From Albugo candida (lineage: Eukaryota): 64,000 nt of DNA. Shown here in pieces: positions 52,301 to 62,105 of this stretch. The position numbers were made by a program, and so were the translations under genes. How positions within the stretch are numbered: position 1 is the stretch's first letter; each line of letters starts with the position of its first letter. The stretch spans positions 124,001 through 188,000 of the forward strand of contig JBDOQK010000002.1 in assembly GCA_040437565.1 (NCBI GenBank). Reading direction: 5' to 3'. The notes below the pieces were generated by a model. That model worked only from the letters and a program-made list of their open reading frames with translations, had not been told where the DNA came from and did not search any database.

Positions 52301-52535
52301 TCCAGACGAATTCATGGATCCATTGGTGTGTACAATAATGAAAGATCCTGTCATTTTACCGACTAGTGGATACACAATGGATCGTGCAACGATCACGCAG
52401 CATCTTTTGAACGATCAAAGCGATCCATTCACTCGAGCTTCCCTTACGATTGAACAATTAGTCCCAAATATTGAATTAAAAGCTCAAGTGGATGCGTGGA
52501 TAGCTTCTGCTCGCGAAAGACATGAAACAAAGTAA
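49332..52535 (+). CDS. UFD2: Ubiquitin conjugation factor E4 (U-box), Ufd2/UBE4B
   Basis: Intact 1067-aa ORF with ADELRRKRLERL, Ufd2 core (SPHLRAK, FYEKLEHR, LKVNNPEQYRFRPK) and C-terminal U-box IPDEFMDPL...DPFTR. Confidence 0.97.
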   Translation: MSDWVSTWLRGNEQGVNANVPPMNSSSSAQIPSADELRRKRLERLQAAHFTEQQAKTTDQEEKSLHAEAVLATQPSEKPTPQISIPLQSEKLRDTRDVDVKTPKTAALKRPYVDKMLQRILQLTIDPESRNTYIYIPAYTNMLPESESVYLNTSNYSEVLYARIIIDPAELINNQDAYQVQTPVAVVLYLEQCYYRCLDELDILRSTRTLRSLDTAQRQEAIDCVESLKDMCISYTVTALIEPEIFPYQTGTIMQDAWEKVIRTQVNAHTPTFIEKVALELDQQNEEEFVRIFASIFQKLIAELFSIQPPSLFSNFYENLNLLAILSRIKTVAAVFTQINGFLLTPGNHFTGRRLQDATALGIVLRFSTYQDPNVQQMFSHITKRTKQEVDHNIYGLQLKMTSLQSAATDIFKSMLKAGPMTRNRVLQWFEQAMQVNAERAKENPDANITSTNGMMLNLTMVLLRLCGPFLSLDAKKADLIDVKFLTSSSSIFPADVTKLIPSSHPDADSGEKPASENFNFVTRCFFLTARAVHLGPVAAISQYMRLARQLSFIQSRLNEDSDPRMRAHFEALVSSKIVMDAELLHPELVHELIRFVQLSSYVAVSVCKAASAQNCQEFHLPLADPVNVGPQDALLMFPAHFIEDICAVLIFISRVSPKSLSTFALDPLLDMILIFLSSPSYIHSPHLRAKMSEVLYHVFLPSDEAEEHQSAASTLAIDLLSTYPLAQEHLAPCLLALYGDVEQTGFYEKLEHRYHIACLLRYLWKVPGHKSAFVRISADEDKFVKFAHGLMNHINSLVTDALIALPEIKQLQEEMQDEARWMALDETVREQKQNLLADKERTVTSSLQLANETIHMMSYLTTEIQEPFLRKPELEERLVSMLNCVLVKLAGPRGLELKVNNPEQYRFRPKEMLKEVVETLMHFAEFTSFQEAVALNGFYEEKIFSKCSNILRRTQLLPDQVITKFDVFLNNVAHRASQLKDDEAMLGEIPDEFMDPLVCTIMKDPVILPTSGYTMDRATITQHLLNDQSDPFTRASLTIEQLVPNIELKAQVDAWIASARERHETK

Positions 52536-52999
52536 TTGTTGGTTGGCTATTCTTCTATTTGTCTGCATACGAGGTCGGATGGTCGAGCGATTGTGCGCAA
52601 ACTCGGAGGTTTGCTTTGCTGAACGGATTTGCGTGTGGGCGAACTGAATGTAGCTTTGCGCTGTTTGCGAATAATAAAAAAAAGTGTCATTTCCATCCCC
52701 TCCAAATAGAATTCTATCCGCTTATTGATACGTCGACACGGGTCGTACTTTGATTCGTGCTGTGAGAATCGATTCAATTTTCGCTTTTTCGTGGAAACAG
52801 TTAAGCGTCACATTTTGTTGTGCAACAATTGGTTCGAGTACCAAGCGATGGTGACATGGCAGGCGAAATTTGCTGCTTCCATGATATCTATGCATCGACA
52901 TTCGATATATGTGTCTCGTATTCTTATATGAGTCATTTCAGTCTGCATATTTCATGAGAGGAAAACAATAAAAAAACAGTGTCAAGAAAAATTAGTTAG

Positions 53000-54620
53000 C
53001 TATATCTCTCATCAAATTCCTTTTTTCTACGGTGTATTCTTGAGCACAAAGCAGAGTGATTAGAACAGATGAATTACTGCGAAAGGAATCGTTCCCTACA
53101 GCGAGAAAAAAAGTATGAAAGAAAGGGATTTAGCAAATCAGGAAATGTGCTTTTGTCGGTAAGCGTTTTTGTGTCGAGAACAGTTCATTAACTATTCAGT
53201 AGAGCAACAGGATCAACATCGTCCACACATGAGGTATGCAGATTGACATGACTCAAAATGCATCGTGCTGAGATTGGCTCATGGACGGACAGGGCTCCTC
53301 GACGGTTTTAAATGAGTCTGCCTGGCGATTGCTATCAAAATGAGATCTGACACTATTCAGCGCGGCGCTCAGTAATCGCGTCTTACCATGCACGGGATTT
53401 TGATTTGAAACGCAGTGATGGTGGAAACTGGTAAAGTCAGTTGCCACGAGAAGCAGCGTAATTCTCAGGAACGTTCACAAGTTTTGTAATTTAGAATGCT
53501 TCGATATTGTACGGCAATGCATGAAAAGACTTGACGCTATCGAAACACTCATGATGACGTAACGAGTCCTTCACAAAAAGGTTGATAGCATCAGAGACAG
53601 ACTGAACGCCTACCGTTTGTCATATTAGATAAAAGCAGTGTAGTAGATCGGAATGACGCACAACGAAGAAATACATTGATGCATCTTATCCCATTTAGAT
53701 TGTGCTTACAATAATTCAAACGTGCTAAACATCAGCAACATAACCCGCTAACCTCAGAGTGAGCAGGCACGTGCATCTACTGACAGCAGTTTGCCTCCTT
53801 TCCAAACAAATCCAACTGAGCAGTTGATAATGCAATTGATGTAAGCAATTTGAAGTAGCAAGCCAAATTCTCATGACATTGCGCGATGACGTAACCCAAG
53901 CAACTCGAATGTGCGCCTGTAGAAAGCAAATGTTGCCGCATTCATAGAAGCGATAAATGCATTGTCAAAATCATCGAGATAGAAATCTGAGTAAAGTAGA
54001 GTACCTTTACGAGTCAAGCCAAAGAAATGAGTCAGATATCTGATCAAGAATTATTTGCGACATGAGCAAATGCCAAAGTGTGAAGCGAAATTAAGCTCAA
54101 TTTCTGAATTTGGAATGAATATTCATTTCCCTTCGCGAGACTTCGAACATTACGTGAAACCGTCAAAGTGCTGTGTCGATCGATATGATGGGTTTGTATC
54201 GCTTAATCAGAAGGATCCGAAGAAACACTGACATGCGCTTTCCCATTACGATTTGGATGCATGCTTTGTGCATTACAGAACATAGATACACGCTGTCGAT
54301 TGGATCCAACGACCATGGAAGCTGCTCTCTCATAGGCCAATGCGTAAGCATACAAAATCGTGGTTGTGGTCCTGAATCAGTATCTGATAAGTTGCTGCTA
54401 AATCATCAAGCCTAAGGATACGCTTGAATCCAAGTAAGACGCGGCGGTCCTTCTCATACTGGATTTGGAAAGATTCAAGTAAAAAAAACAGCCATTTTCA
54501 GCAACCGAAAAGCTGTTGTGCTGTTTCCTGCAAAAGGTGAGGACAGATTTCTGGCCACGTCGTCAACTTCGAAGCAATTGTTTGTTTCGAGTCGCAAATA
54601 GATGTTGAGACGTATAGACA
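53000..54620 (+). pseudogene. Possible decayed divergent Hsp70-like family member (copy 9)
   Basis: Coding-like fragments ending in AVLLILDLERF and AIFSNRKAVVLFPAKGEDRFLA, resembling [34 protein letters not shown]; weak. Confidence 0.25.
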
Positions 54621-54658
54621 GTCTGTTGCTGCAATGCGACCATAAATCTGTTGGTATG

Positions 54659-56188
54659 CTATGCGAATATTTGTGGCTTAGGACGCCATTCAGTGACACC
54701 TTTGTACAGCGGGCGATACAGTCTTACTCGTGGCCCACTGACAATATCTTCTTTCTCGGCAATGTACAGCACCAGTGTATTTTTCGCATTCAACTCAATC
54801 CATCCGCGCTGATTGTTGTTCACAAACTGTATCAAATGCATCTTTCGGATGCTGTCATATTGCAGCACTGTCGCCCGCATCCATTCTCCTTGCTCTTTGA
54901 TGAAGCAATCAATGATTGCATTTATTAGAGCTTCTCCGATTGGAATCTTTGGAGCCCCAATACGCGTGTCTGTTATCGCCGAAGGAGGAAACGTCAACGG
55001 TGTGGCTGTTCTCATACCCATTACCACGAGACCTGGAACTGCATTCACGGTGTCTAGCCGTTGTAGTTTATACCCTGCAGCTCCAAATTTTGGCTCTAGA
55101 CCTCGCTTTCCAATGTTGGTCAGAACTGGACGAGGAATTGCTTGACTACGCAAAAGCGCATCCAACCCCGCTGTAGATTCCAGGACAAACTTGTACTGTT
55201 CACTAGGTCCTCCCTCGACCAATGTGTACTCCATGTCATCCGTGAGCTCGCTGGTGGACTCGTTACTTATGATTTCTTCTACTAAATCCTCATCGCTGAT
55301 CCACCTCTTCGCGCCGTAAATACGATTTTCTGGAAGATGTTTCTCACAATATAAAGCAAATGCATTTGTATCACTTCCAATAAGAAGACCGGCGTTCGCT
55401 GCACATTGAGGATGCATCCCAATATTACAACCTTCTCGCTCGCATGTGACGGAAGCACCACCGCGTTTACGACAGACGCAACAAAGATACCGAAAGCGTC
55501 CATTTTCAATCTCATCGAATCCATCGACTGGTTCTAATGTCGGCACATCTCGCATAATAAGTTCGGGAATCACAAGAGCACAAAGCACATGTACCCATTT
55601 CTGTTCTTCGAGACCAACTATGGTCGGATTCCCAGAAGTAGTCAGCTTTAGTGCGCCACCGTATTGCATGCATACGCAACACATCAGCTCGCGATGCAAA
55701 AGACAAGAAGGACAGTACCAAGGTCCATCCGCCTTCGTTCGAAGCAGTGCTCCAAAGCATTCCTCGTGAACTCTTGTACCACATTGATCGCGACCACACC
55801 CAATGACTTTTCCACTCGACCATAAGCCTTCACAAATATTGCAATTTTCCTTTGGTACATAATGCGGAATGAAGCACTCATCCACATACTCTTTCAGCCT
55901 CTTTAGAGTCCATCCGTTCAATTTATCAAGATCTATAGAGCAGTCTAGATGGTGTGGTTGCTTCCAGGTATGTGGTAGCACGGAAGAAGCCTGAGTGGGA
56001 ATCGACGATATCTCACGCATTTCAAGAAGAGGTTCCTCATCGACGACAGGATTATCGTTATGAGTGATGCTATAAAGTAATAAAAAAGCGCCTTTGAGGT
56101 CCGGTGGCGAAAGATTGGCAATATCGTCAGCCAATTGGCGACGTTGATCCCATGTCATATGTGCGGGAAACTCGGTCTCAATTTCCAT
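54659..56188 (-). CDS. Chromatin reader: ET (NET) domain, PHD, extended PHD (zf-HC5HC2H) and Tudor-like domain; probably 5'-incomplete
   Basis: MTWDQRRQLADDIANL...IDLDKLNGWTLKRLKEYV (ET); CNIC..C..C..VHEECF..WYCPSC (PHD); CCVC..GGALK..WVHVLC, CCVC..C..C..MHPQCA..YCEKH (ePHD); EWMRATVLQYD..HLIQF (Tudor-like). A probable 47-nt intron at 56237-56191 lies upstream. Confidence 0.85.
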   Translation of the reverse strand: MEIETEFPAHMTWDQRRQLADDIANLSPPDLKGAFLLLYSITHNDNPVVDEEPLLEMREISSIPTQASSVLPHTWKQPHHLDCSIDLDKLNGWTLKRLKEYVDECFIPHYVPKENCNICEGLWSSGKVIGCGRDQCGTRVHEECFGALLRTKADGPWYCPSCLLHRELMCCVCMQYGGALKLTTSGNPTIVGLEEQKWVHVLCALVIPELIMRDVPTLEPVDGFDEIENGRFRYLCCVCRKRGGASVTCEREGCNIGMHPQCAANAGLLIGSDTNAFALYCEKHLPENRIYGAKRWISDEDLVEEIISNESTSELTDDMEYTLVEGGPSEQYKFVLESTAGLDALLRSQAIPRPVLTNIGKRGLEPKFGAAGYKLQRLDTVNAVPGLVVMGMRTATPLTFPPSAITDTRIGAPKIPIGEALINAIIDCFIKEQGEWMRATVLQYDSIRKMHLIQFVNNNQRGWIELNAKNTLVLYIAEKEDIVSGPRVRLYRPLYKGVTEWRPKPQIFA

Positions 56189-56346
56189 TTCTAAATAACT
56201 TAACAGTTAGCATAGCGGTTATGTGAGAAAGAAACACGTTGTCGATNNNNNNNNNNNNNNNNNNNNNNNNNNNNNNNNNNNNNNNNNNNNNNNNNNNNNN
56301 NNNNNNNNNNNNNNNNNNNNNNNNNNNNNNNNNNNNNNNNNNNNNN

Positions 56347-57474
56347 TATAGCACCTCGAAAAACGACCGCGGTCTTTCCGGCACCACACCAAGGAACGGA
56401 ACGTGTGCGGTTTTGTCTTGAGGTGCATGAGCTCACTTTTTGATGAAAATCTAGAATGTCATCCACAGTCTCCGCATATACTAAAGTTTGTATAGGCTGC
56501 TCCATCCCTGCGATCTTATTTCCCCTCCCAAGCTCGTGGTCGAAAATGTATTCACGTAAATCGAGAGCTTTGCCTTTTGTAGCTTGATGCTTCTTGCGGA
56601 TATTAAGTAATTTGTACGCTGCATTGCCACCGCATGTCTCCAAATTCAGATATTTGCGCACAACGTGAGAGAGGTGCATATCCTCAGCAGTTTCCCAGCT
56701 GGGTATCCGCTCTTTGAAAAAAAACTCGAGCCATTTTTGCTCAAAGAACCACATACCACTCAAGTAATCCTGAGTGACATATTTCTTGGTCGAGTTCACA
56801 TAATGTTTTGGCCAGCTCGTGTATTTTTCAAAAGTAGGTGCACGCAAATGGCCTCGATTTCCCCAGACTCCACGTTTATGCTTCATGCATTGGATGTATG
56901 CAGCAACAGTCGTGTTATCTATCATACGATCGTCATCAACGATCAGCACATACTTTGTCGTTGCCATATAAGCCAACAAAAATCGACCATGAAATTTGTA
57001 ATTGTAATTTGAGCTTGTGAATACAATATCTTGGCTCGTATTTGCTCGAACTTTTGCCACAACCTTTTCATAGTCCTTGTATTTTGACGAATTGAAACAC
57101 ATGACCCATACTTCAGGTCGTTCGACACGTTGTTGATCCAGTGCCTCTCTAAGCTGTTTCTCAAGAACGTCTTCCTTGCCCTTGAAGACGTTAAATATGA
57201 TAGTAGTTGACGTCGTGTTCTCTGCGAATTCAGATGTATAAAAGCTCTTTCGCATTGGCCAGTTTTCAACTGTTGGAATATCTTTCACTTTGATATGCGT
57301 GCGTGAGTGCCTTTGATAACCATGAATTGAAGGTTGAGATTTCATTGTGAACGAAAAGATGCTTGAAAAAGATACAAAGAACACTGGACATACAATCAGA
57401 CATAGGATTATATTTCTCCAGTGCCAGAGTTTGAAATGGAGGAGCCATTTCTTGTAGATGTCGAAACGTTTCAT
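56347..57474 (-). CDS. Type II membrane GT-A fold glycosyltransferase-like protein; 3' end lost in the gap
   Basis: Likely start MKRF at 57474, then a TM segment (IILCLIVCPVFFVSFSSIFSF), NYKFHGRFL, DxD motif VLIVDDD, DYLSGMWF and AEDMHLS. Confidence 0.75.
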
Positions 57475-57697
57475 TGATTTTATTGCATGCAAAAGATGCC
57501 GAGCGCCGTTTACCAGCAAGATCGATAAATTGTACCGGTTTTCTGGCGGTACGAATTGGATGTTACCGTCGAGAAGAAAAAAGCAAGCGGTATAAGGAAA
57601 GCATGCAAATAATGATGATGCACTCTCGATAGAAGAAATCATGCAATAAAAGCGATTGCGTTAAAAATTCCGCTTCATTTACGCAATACTTTAATGT

Positions 57698-58198
57698 TTA
57701 TGATCTTTGCAGTGTGAATTCTGGGAATTGCATATCTTGCTGCCAAATACCTTGAATGCTAGGACATTTCGTGATAACTGGACGTTTCATTTTAGTCATT
57801 TTACGCCCGCTTGAGTCTCTTAAGCGTTGTAGCTTTCATACCAGAAACACAATCAGAGTTGAAATATAAAAAGGAGTAAAAGCACGAGACCTGCAGCATG
57901 ATCACTTTCTGTTCCTTATTTTTGACATCGCACACTTTTTGCTGGTTTGTGACTCATTATATCGCAAGTTAGAGTTATTGTGATCAAAGTAACGAAATTA
58001 TAATTTACCATAATCGCCAATTAGAACAGGATGTCGACCAGGTTTGAGCTCTGTTCGGAAAGAGACTTGAGGATTCTCTTTCACAAACTCTAGAAACTGC
58101 TTATTGCTCAGAAAGTCTCGTACGTGACGACTACTTCCGCTGTGCTGACAGTAACGGATCGTGACCTCTTTCAATTGCCAAATACCGCGAGTTGCCAT
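57698..58198 (-). CDS. MRPL43: Mitochondrial ribosomal protein mL43; exons 58198-58009, 57952-57891, 57832-57698 (128 aa)
   Basis: GIWQLKEVTIRYCQHSGSSRHVRDF..PGRHPVLIGDY|VTNQQKVCDVKN..|LQRLRDSSG..PSIQGIW; introns of 56 and 58 nt restore the frame. Confidence 0.9.
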
Positions 58199-59236
58199 GT
58201 TTATTGTCCAGGTTCGATTCTTAAGTGCGCAATGTTAGCGCTAGGTTCCCAAACAAATGGACAGTGCAGTCAGAACGAAGAAGCGCTCAAGTATTCGTTT
58301 AATCGTGTTTACATCGAGCCGACGTATGTACCTATAGAGCAATGCTGAGTGCATGGTGACGTAAAGCAGCTATATAAAAAGAGTCTTTCAATATGGTTCC
58401 ATTACACCACAATATATATATCGATTCTACACTCAACACTATCCATTTCTTGTAAGAAGATGTATCAAAGTTGCAAGACTTGAAGAATTCAATAACGGAT
58501 CGATGAGCTTATTTGCACGCTCTGGTGTATAATAGGAAGACCGATCGGACGTTCCACGCGTTAGATAGTTGCCTTATAATTCGATTAGTGCAACTGACAA
58601 GACGTGATGTCGTCGTGCCAGAATGTCATCTAAAAGTAGTTTGGTACGTTGCATCGCTTCCAAACCGGCTACTTTTACCCAGTAATATTGGCTATTCCGG
58701 CCTTTTGATACAACGTTTCTTATAACGGGCTATATTGTTTGTGATCAAGTGCAATCGCATTTAAGCTATAGCGGTCTTAGCTGATTGAATTGCTTTCACA
58801 ATCGCTTAACAAAGAATCTCTATTATTCCTCGCGGAACACTTATGCTCTTGATGCATCGCTCCGCTTGTAGAAAACGAGATTTATCACTTCACGTAGACT
58901 CCACTTTCTTCCGTTATCATAATACTAATACCAGTGCTAAGCTTACAAAACTTGATGTCGATCGATCGTGTACTGTATCCTTTCAAACGCGTCGCAAAAC
59001 CGTTATTAGGATAGGAAATCACAGTCTTTCATAATTCAGTTCTCAAATCTCTATCAAAACTTCTCTTGAGCGATTGCAAAAGATGTAATGGTTCAAGAAC
59101 GCGTTACATTTCGACTGACTCATACGCCATGACAGGTCGCTGACATCTCTAACCGATTGTCTAAAAATCAATTAAGTTCTTAAAGCTGAGGCGATTGGAA
59201 TCCCATTTGCTTCATTTTCACCAATCACATAAAAGA

Positions 59237-59633
59237 ATGGATCCGGTGATCAATTCAGTGCCACGGAATCCGAATGATCCGCGTTTCCCGGTGCTTTCAG
59301 CTCAACCAAGCTCAAAAGAAGTGCGTCAGAATTTCAACTTTTCAGACATTATGCAGTGGGGAGCGTTAACAGCCATTTCTTTTCCTGTTGGATACATTTC
59401 CGGTAGAGTACTCTTCGAATCAATCGCACCAAATCTTACTATTTTAGTTTTCTTAAGGAAACCGAGTTGACAGGTTTCTGGCGCGTCCATCCATGTGGGT
59501 TACTGGACTTTTAGGATCTCTTGGCGGCTATCTTTTAGCGTATCAAAACTCATGTTTCCGTCTGCGAGGATTTAAAGATAATCGTGGGGACATTCGAGGA
59601 TTTCAGTCGCAGAAGAAAGAGCAAGGGCGATGA
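59237..59633 (+). CDS. NUXM: Complex I accessory 20.9 kDa subunit (NUXM family); exons 59237-59402 and 59458-59633
   Basis: PRFPVLSAQPSSKEVRQNFNFSD..GYISG|NRVDRFLARPSMWVTGLLGSLGGYLLAYQNSCFRLRGFKDN; 55-nt intron. Confidence 0.85.
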
Positions 59634-60148
59634 GTTCTATTTCTCCATGACACAACATGAAATAAAGCGTCTTATGACCTCATTGTTCGCCATTGTGTAC
59701 TGTATAGCTATGTTCATGCTCTTGGTGTAGTTGAGAGCCACTTTGGCTACTCACAAAGACCTGAAAGCTCCAAGTCATATAGAATCTGGCAATTTATTTG
59801 AGATTTCGAAGCGACTTGCTATTCCTCAGATCGTTTTTAGTGTCGTATACGAATACGGAGCATCGGTATGCTTGGTCAACGCACGTTACTACTGTCAACC
59901 GAAAAAGTAATCGACTCAAGCAATAAGCTCTTCCGTTGTTCGAGTGGTTTTTCGTGAACGCAACATCAAACTTTTGTTCCTTTTTAAAAGCCCGGGAAAA
60001 GCTTATTGTCGAGACGCGTTCATTAAACCGTCCATTTCAAAGGCCCCATGCCTTCAGTAGCTCTACACGTTGTTATTTTCATTCAACAAAGTTCAGACTT
60101 GACGATGAATTGACCAAATCCCCGTCTCTATCGCTACCAAAATTGCAT

Positions 60149-61983
60149 CTATGATTTGGTTTCCAGCTCCATTCCTTCCTTGGCGAGTTTCTCAACGCCG
60201 TACGCACTTGCATATGATAATATTTCTTGCTCAGTAGAGTGGAGTGGAAGCTTACCCTGCTTTAGATGCTACGGAAATAATGTGAGTCATGCGTTTAGGT
60301 AGTGATTCATTAAGTATCACCTCAATGATGCCATTTTGTAGATACACCACAAAACTTCCCGGAGCTATAATGAAATGCATGCAGAGTGCGGTTGCAAATT
60401 GCTTAGGAAGCACATCTCGTCGCCGGTGTTTTTGTGTCATCCAATCCAATCGATTCTGAAGAATAAATGCCGCGTGTCTCTGTTGTAAATGTGCTTTTTG
60501 CTCTTTTCTTTCCAGCAAAATAGCGCTCAATCGCGGTTCTGACAACAATTCGTCATTCTTGTCGAGATTGATACGTAAGTATTCACACCAGGCTTCCCAT
60601 GGAGCTCCTAAACCTTCAAGATTCCTCCATGCTCGAGTAATCTCACGGTAAATCACTTCGTGACGAAATGTTCGGGCAAGAGCTACTTCACGGTCATTGA
60701 GAAGCACTCGATGGACAGAAGGTGAATTCGTTGAAAAATCTGTGTTCCAGTCCCGCATAAGAGATACTCGATGTCGTTTTCCACCAAATGAATTGCTTCG
60801 TAATAAAAGGCCTTCAGCCGGTGCGATTGGAACTCTCACAATCTGATCCGTATACAAAGATGCGTCAAATACCGTATTTGACATTCCGTTGGTAGCAAAA
60901 CTTATCGCTCCACCGATCATACATCGTATTTGATGCAGTAGAAATGCTTGACCAGTGATGTGAATCTTAATGTACGGTTCCCCATAGAAATCCTCGATCA
61001 AACTACCTCGACATTGATATACAGCGCGACGGTGACGGGGTAACTTTGGTCGAAAGTGGAACGCGGTGTCGCCCGGAGCGGCAGGAGCCTCATCGGTGCC
61101 GATAGAAGCGGATGAAGTGTCTTCTTCTGTGGCTTCTGCATTGCGTCTGTTGTATTTCTGCATTTTCTTTTCGTGCAATTTGTAAAAGTGCGCACGCGAC
61201 CGCGTAAAGTTGTGGAAGTCGTGTATCCCTTCGTATTGCTCGAGCGCCGAAAAAAATCGCTGTACCATGATTTTCATCTGTCCTTTCATTAGTTGCTGAT
61301 TCTTTGTGATACAACTCGCTGACAAAAAAGCTAATGGAAGAAAATACTCGTATTCTCGTAAAGCGCACTCCGTTCGAGCATTAAAGCTATTACACACACG
61401 AGTGACCGAGAAAACTCTTATATTTGGTGGTAAGTTTGCATTTAGAGCCTTTGTGAGCCCGGAGACACGCCCGGTAACTGGGTCAATTACGTCTTCATCA
61501 AGCAGTAATTTTCCAGCAAACTGAAAGGAGAAGAAAATAAATCAGCTTTTATTTTGTGTACAAGTATCGACATACCACAATCGTACTTGCGTGAACTCCT
61601 TTGTCAGTTCGGCTACTGCGCGACCAGTCAATTTTGTTCAGATCTTGATAATTCGACTCGCGCAGAGCTCCAATCTGGAACATTGCTTTGCGTAACTCAT
61701 TCTCAATGGTTGGTACATTTGGATTCAATTGAACACCGTGATAGCCACTACCATTATATCCAGCGACAATGGCAACACGGCGCTTAACAAGTGGACTGGG
61801 TTGCGCACCCGAATTGGTGCTCATAACGCTGATCTCACTCATTGTACATTGTTTGCGATGCTGACACGTGTGTGGGATCTTGTAGGCAATGAGTTGTATT
61901 GAGCGTACGTGTGCGTTACGACCACATTTCCACTGCAAAACGTCAATATACGCTCTGTGAATAGGTCGAGTCATTGATGCCAT
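60149..61983 (-). CDS. tRNA pseudouridine synthase, TruA/Pus1 family; exons 61983(or 61842)-61576, 61520-60321, 60268-60149
   Basis: GYNGSGYHGVQ, SRTDKGVHA (catalytic Asp), YEGIHDFHNFT, GQAFLLHQIRCMIG and PIAPAEGLLL. Introns 61575-61521 and 60320-60269 are in phase 0. Confidence 0.9.
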
Positions 61984-62105
61984 TGCATTATCCGTAGTTA
62001 TTTACACATAAATGCTTAATCTACCAGTTATTTCGTGTAACAGCCTTTTGGTTACTAACATTAACATTTCTAGCCAGTAGTACCGGTTTGAAGATTCAAA
62101 TCGGA

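Noticed and set aside
53551-53605. Possible box C/D snoRNA (ATGATGA...CTGA)
   Set aside because: Short, no terminal stem or recognisable rRNA guide; lies in decayed coding-like sequence.
56200-57642. 480-aa ORF read through the gap; many short antisense ORFs over real genes
   Set aside because: The frame across Ns is meaningless and the first 56 aa are probably untranslated; antisense ORFs are shadows of real CDSs.
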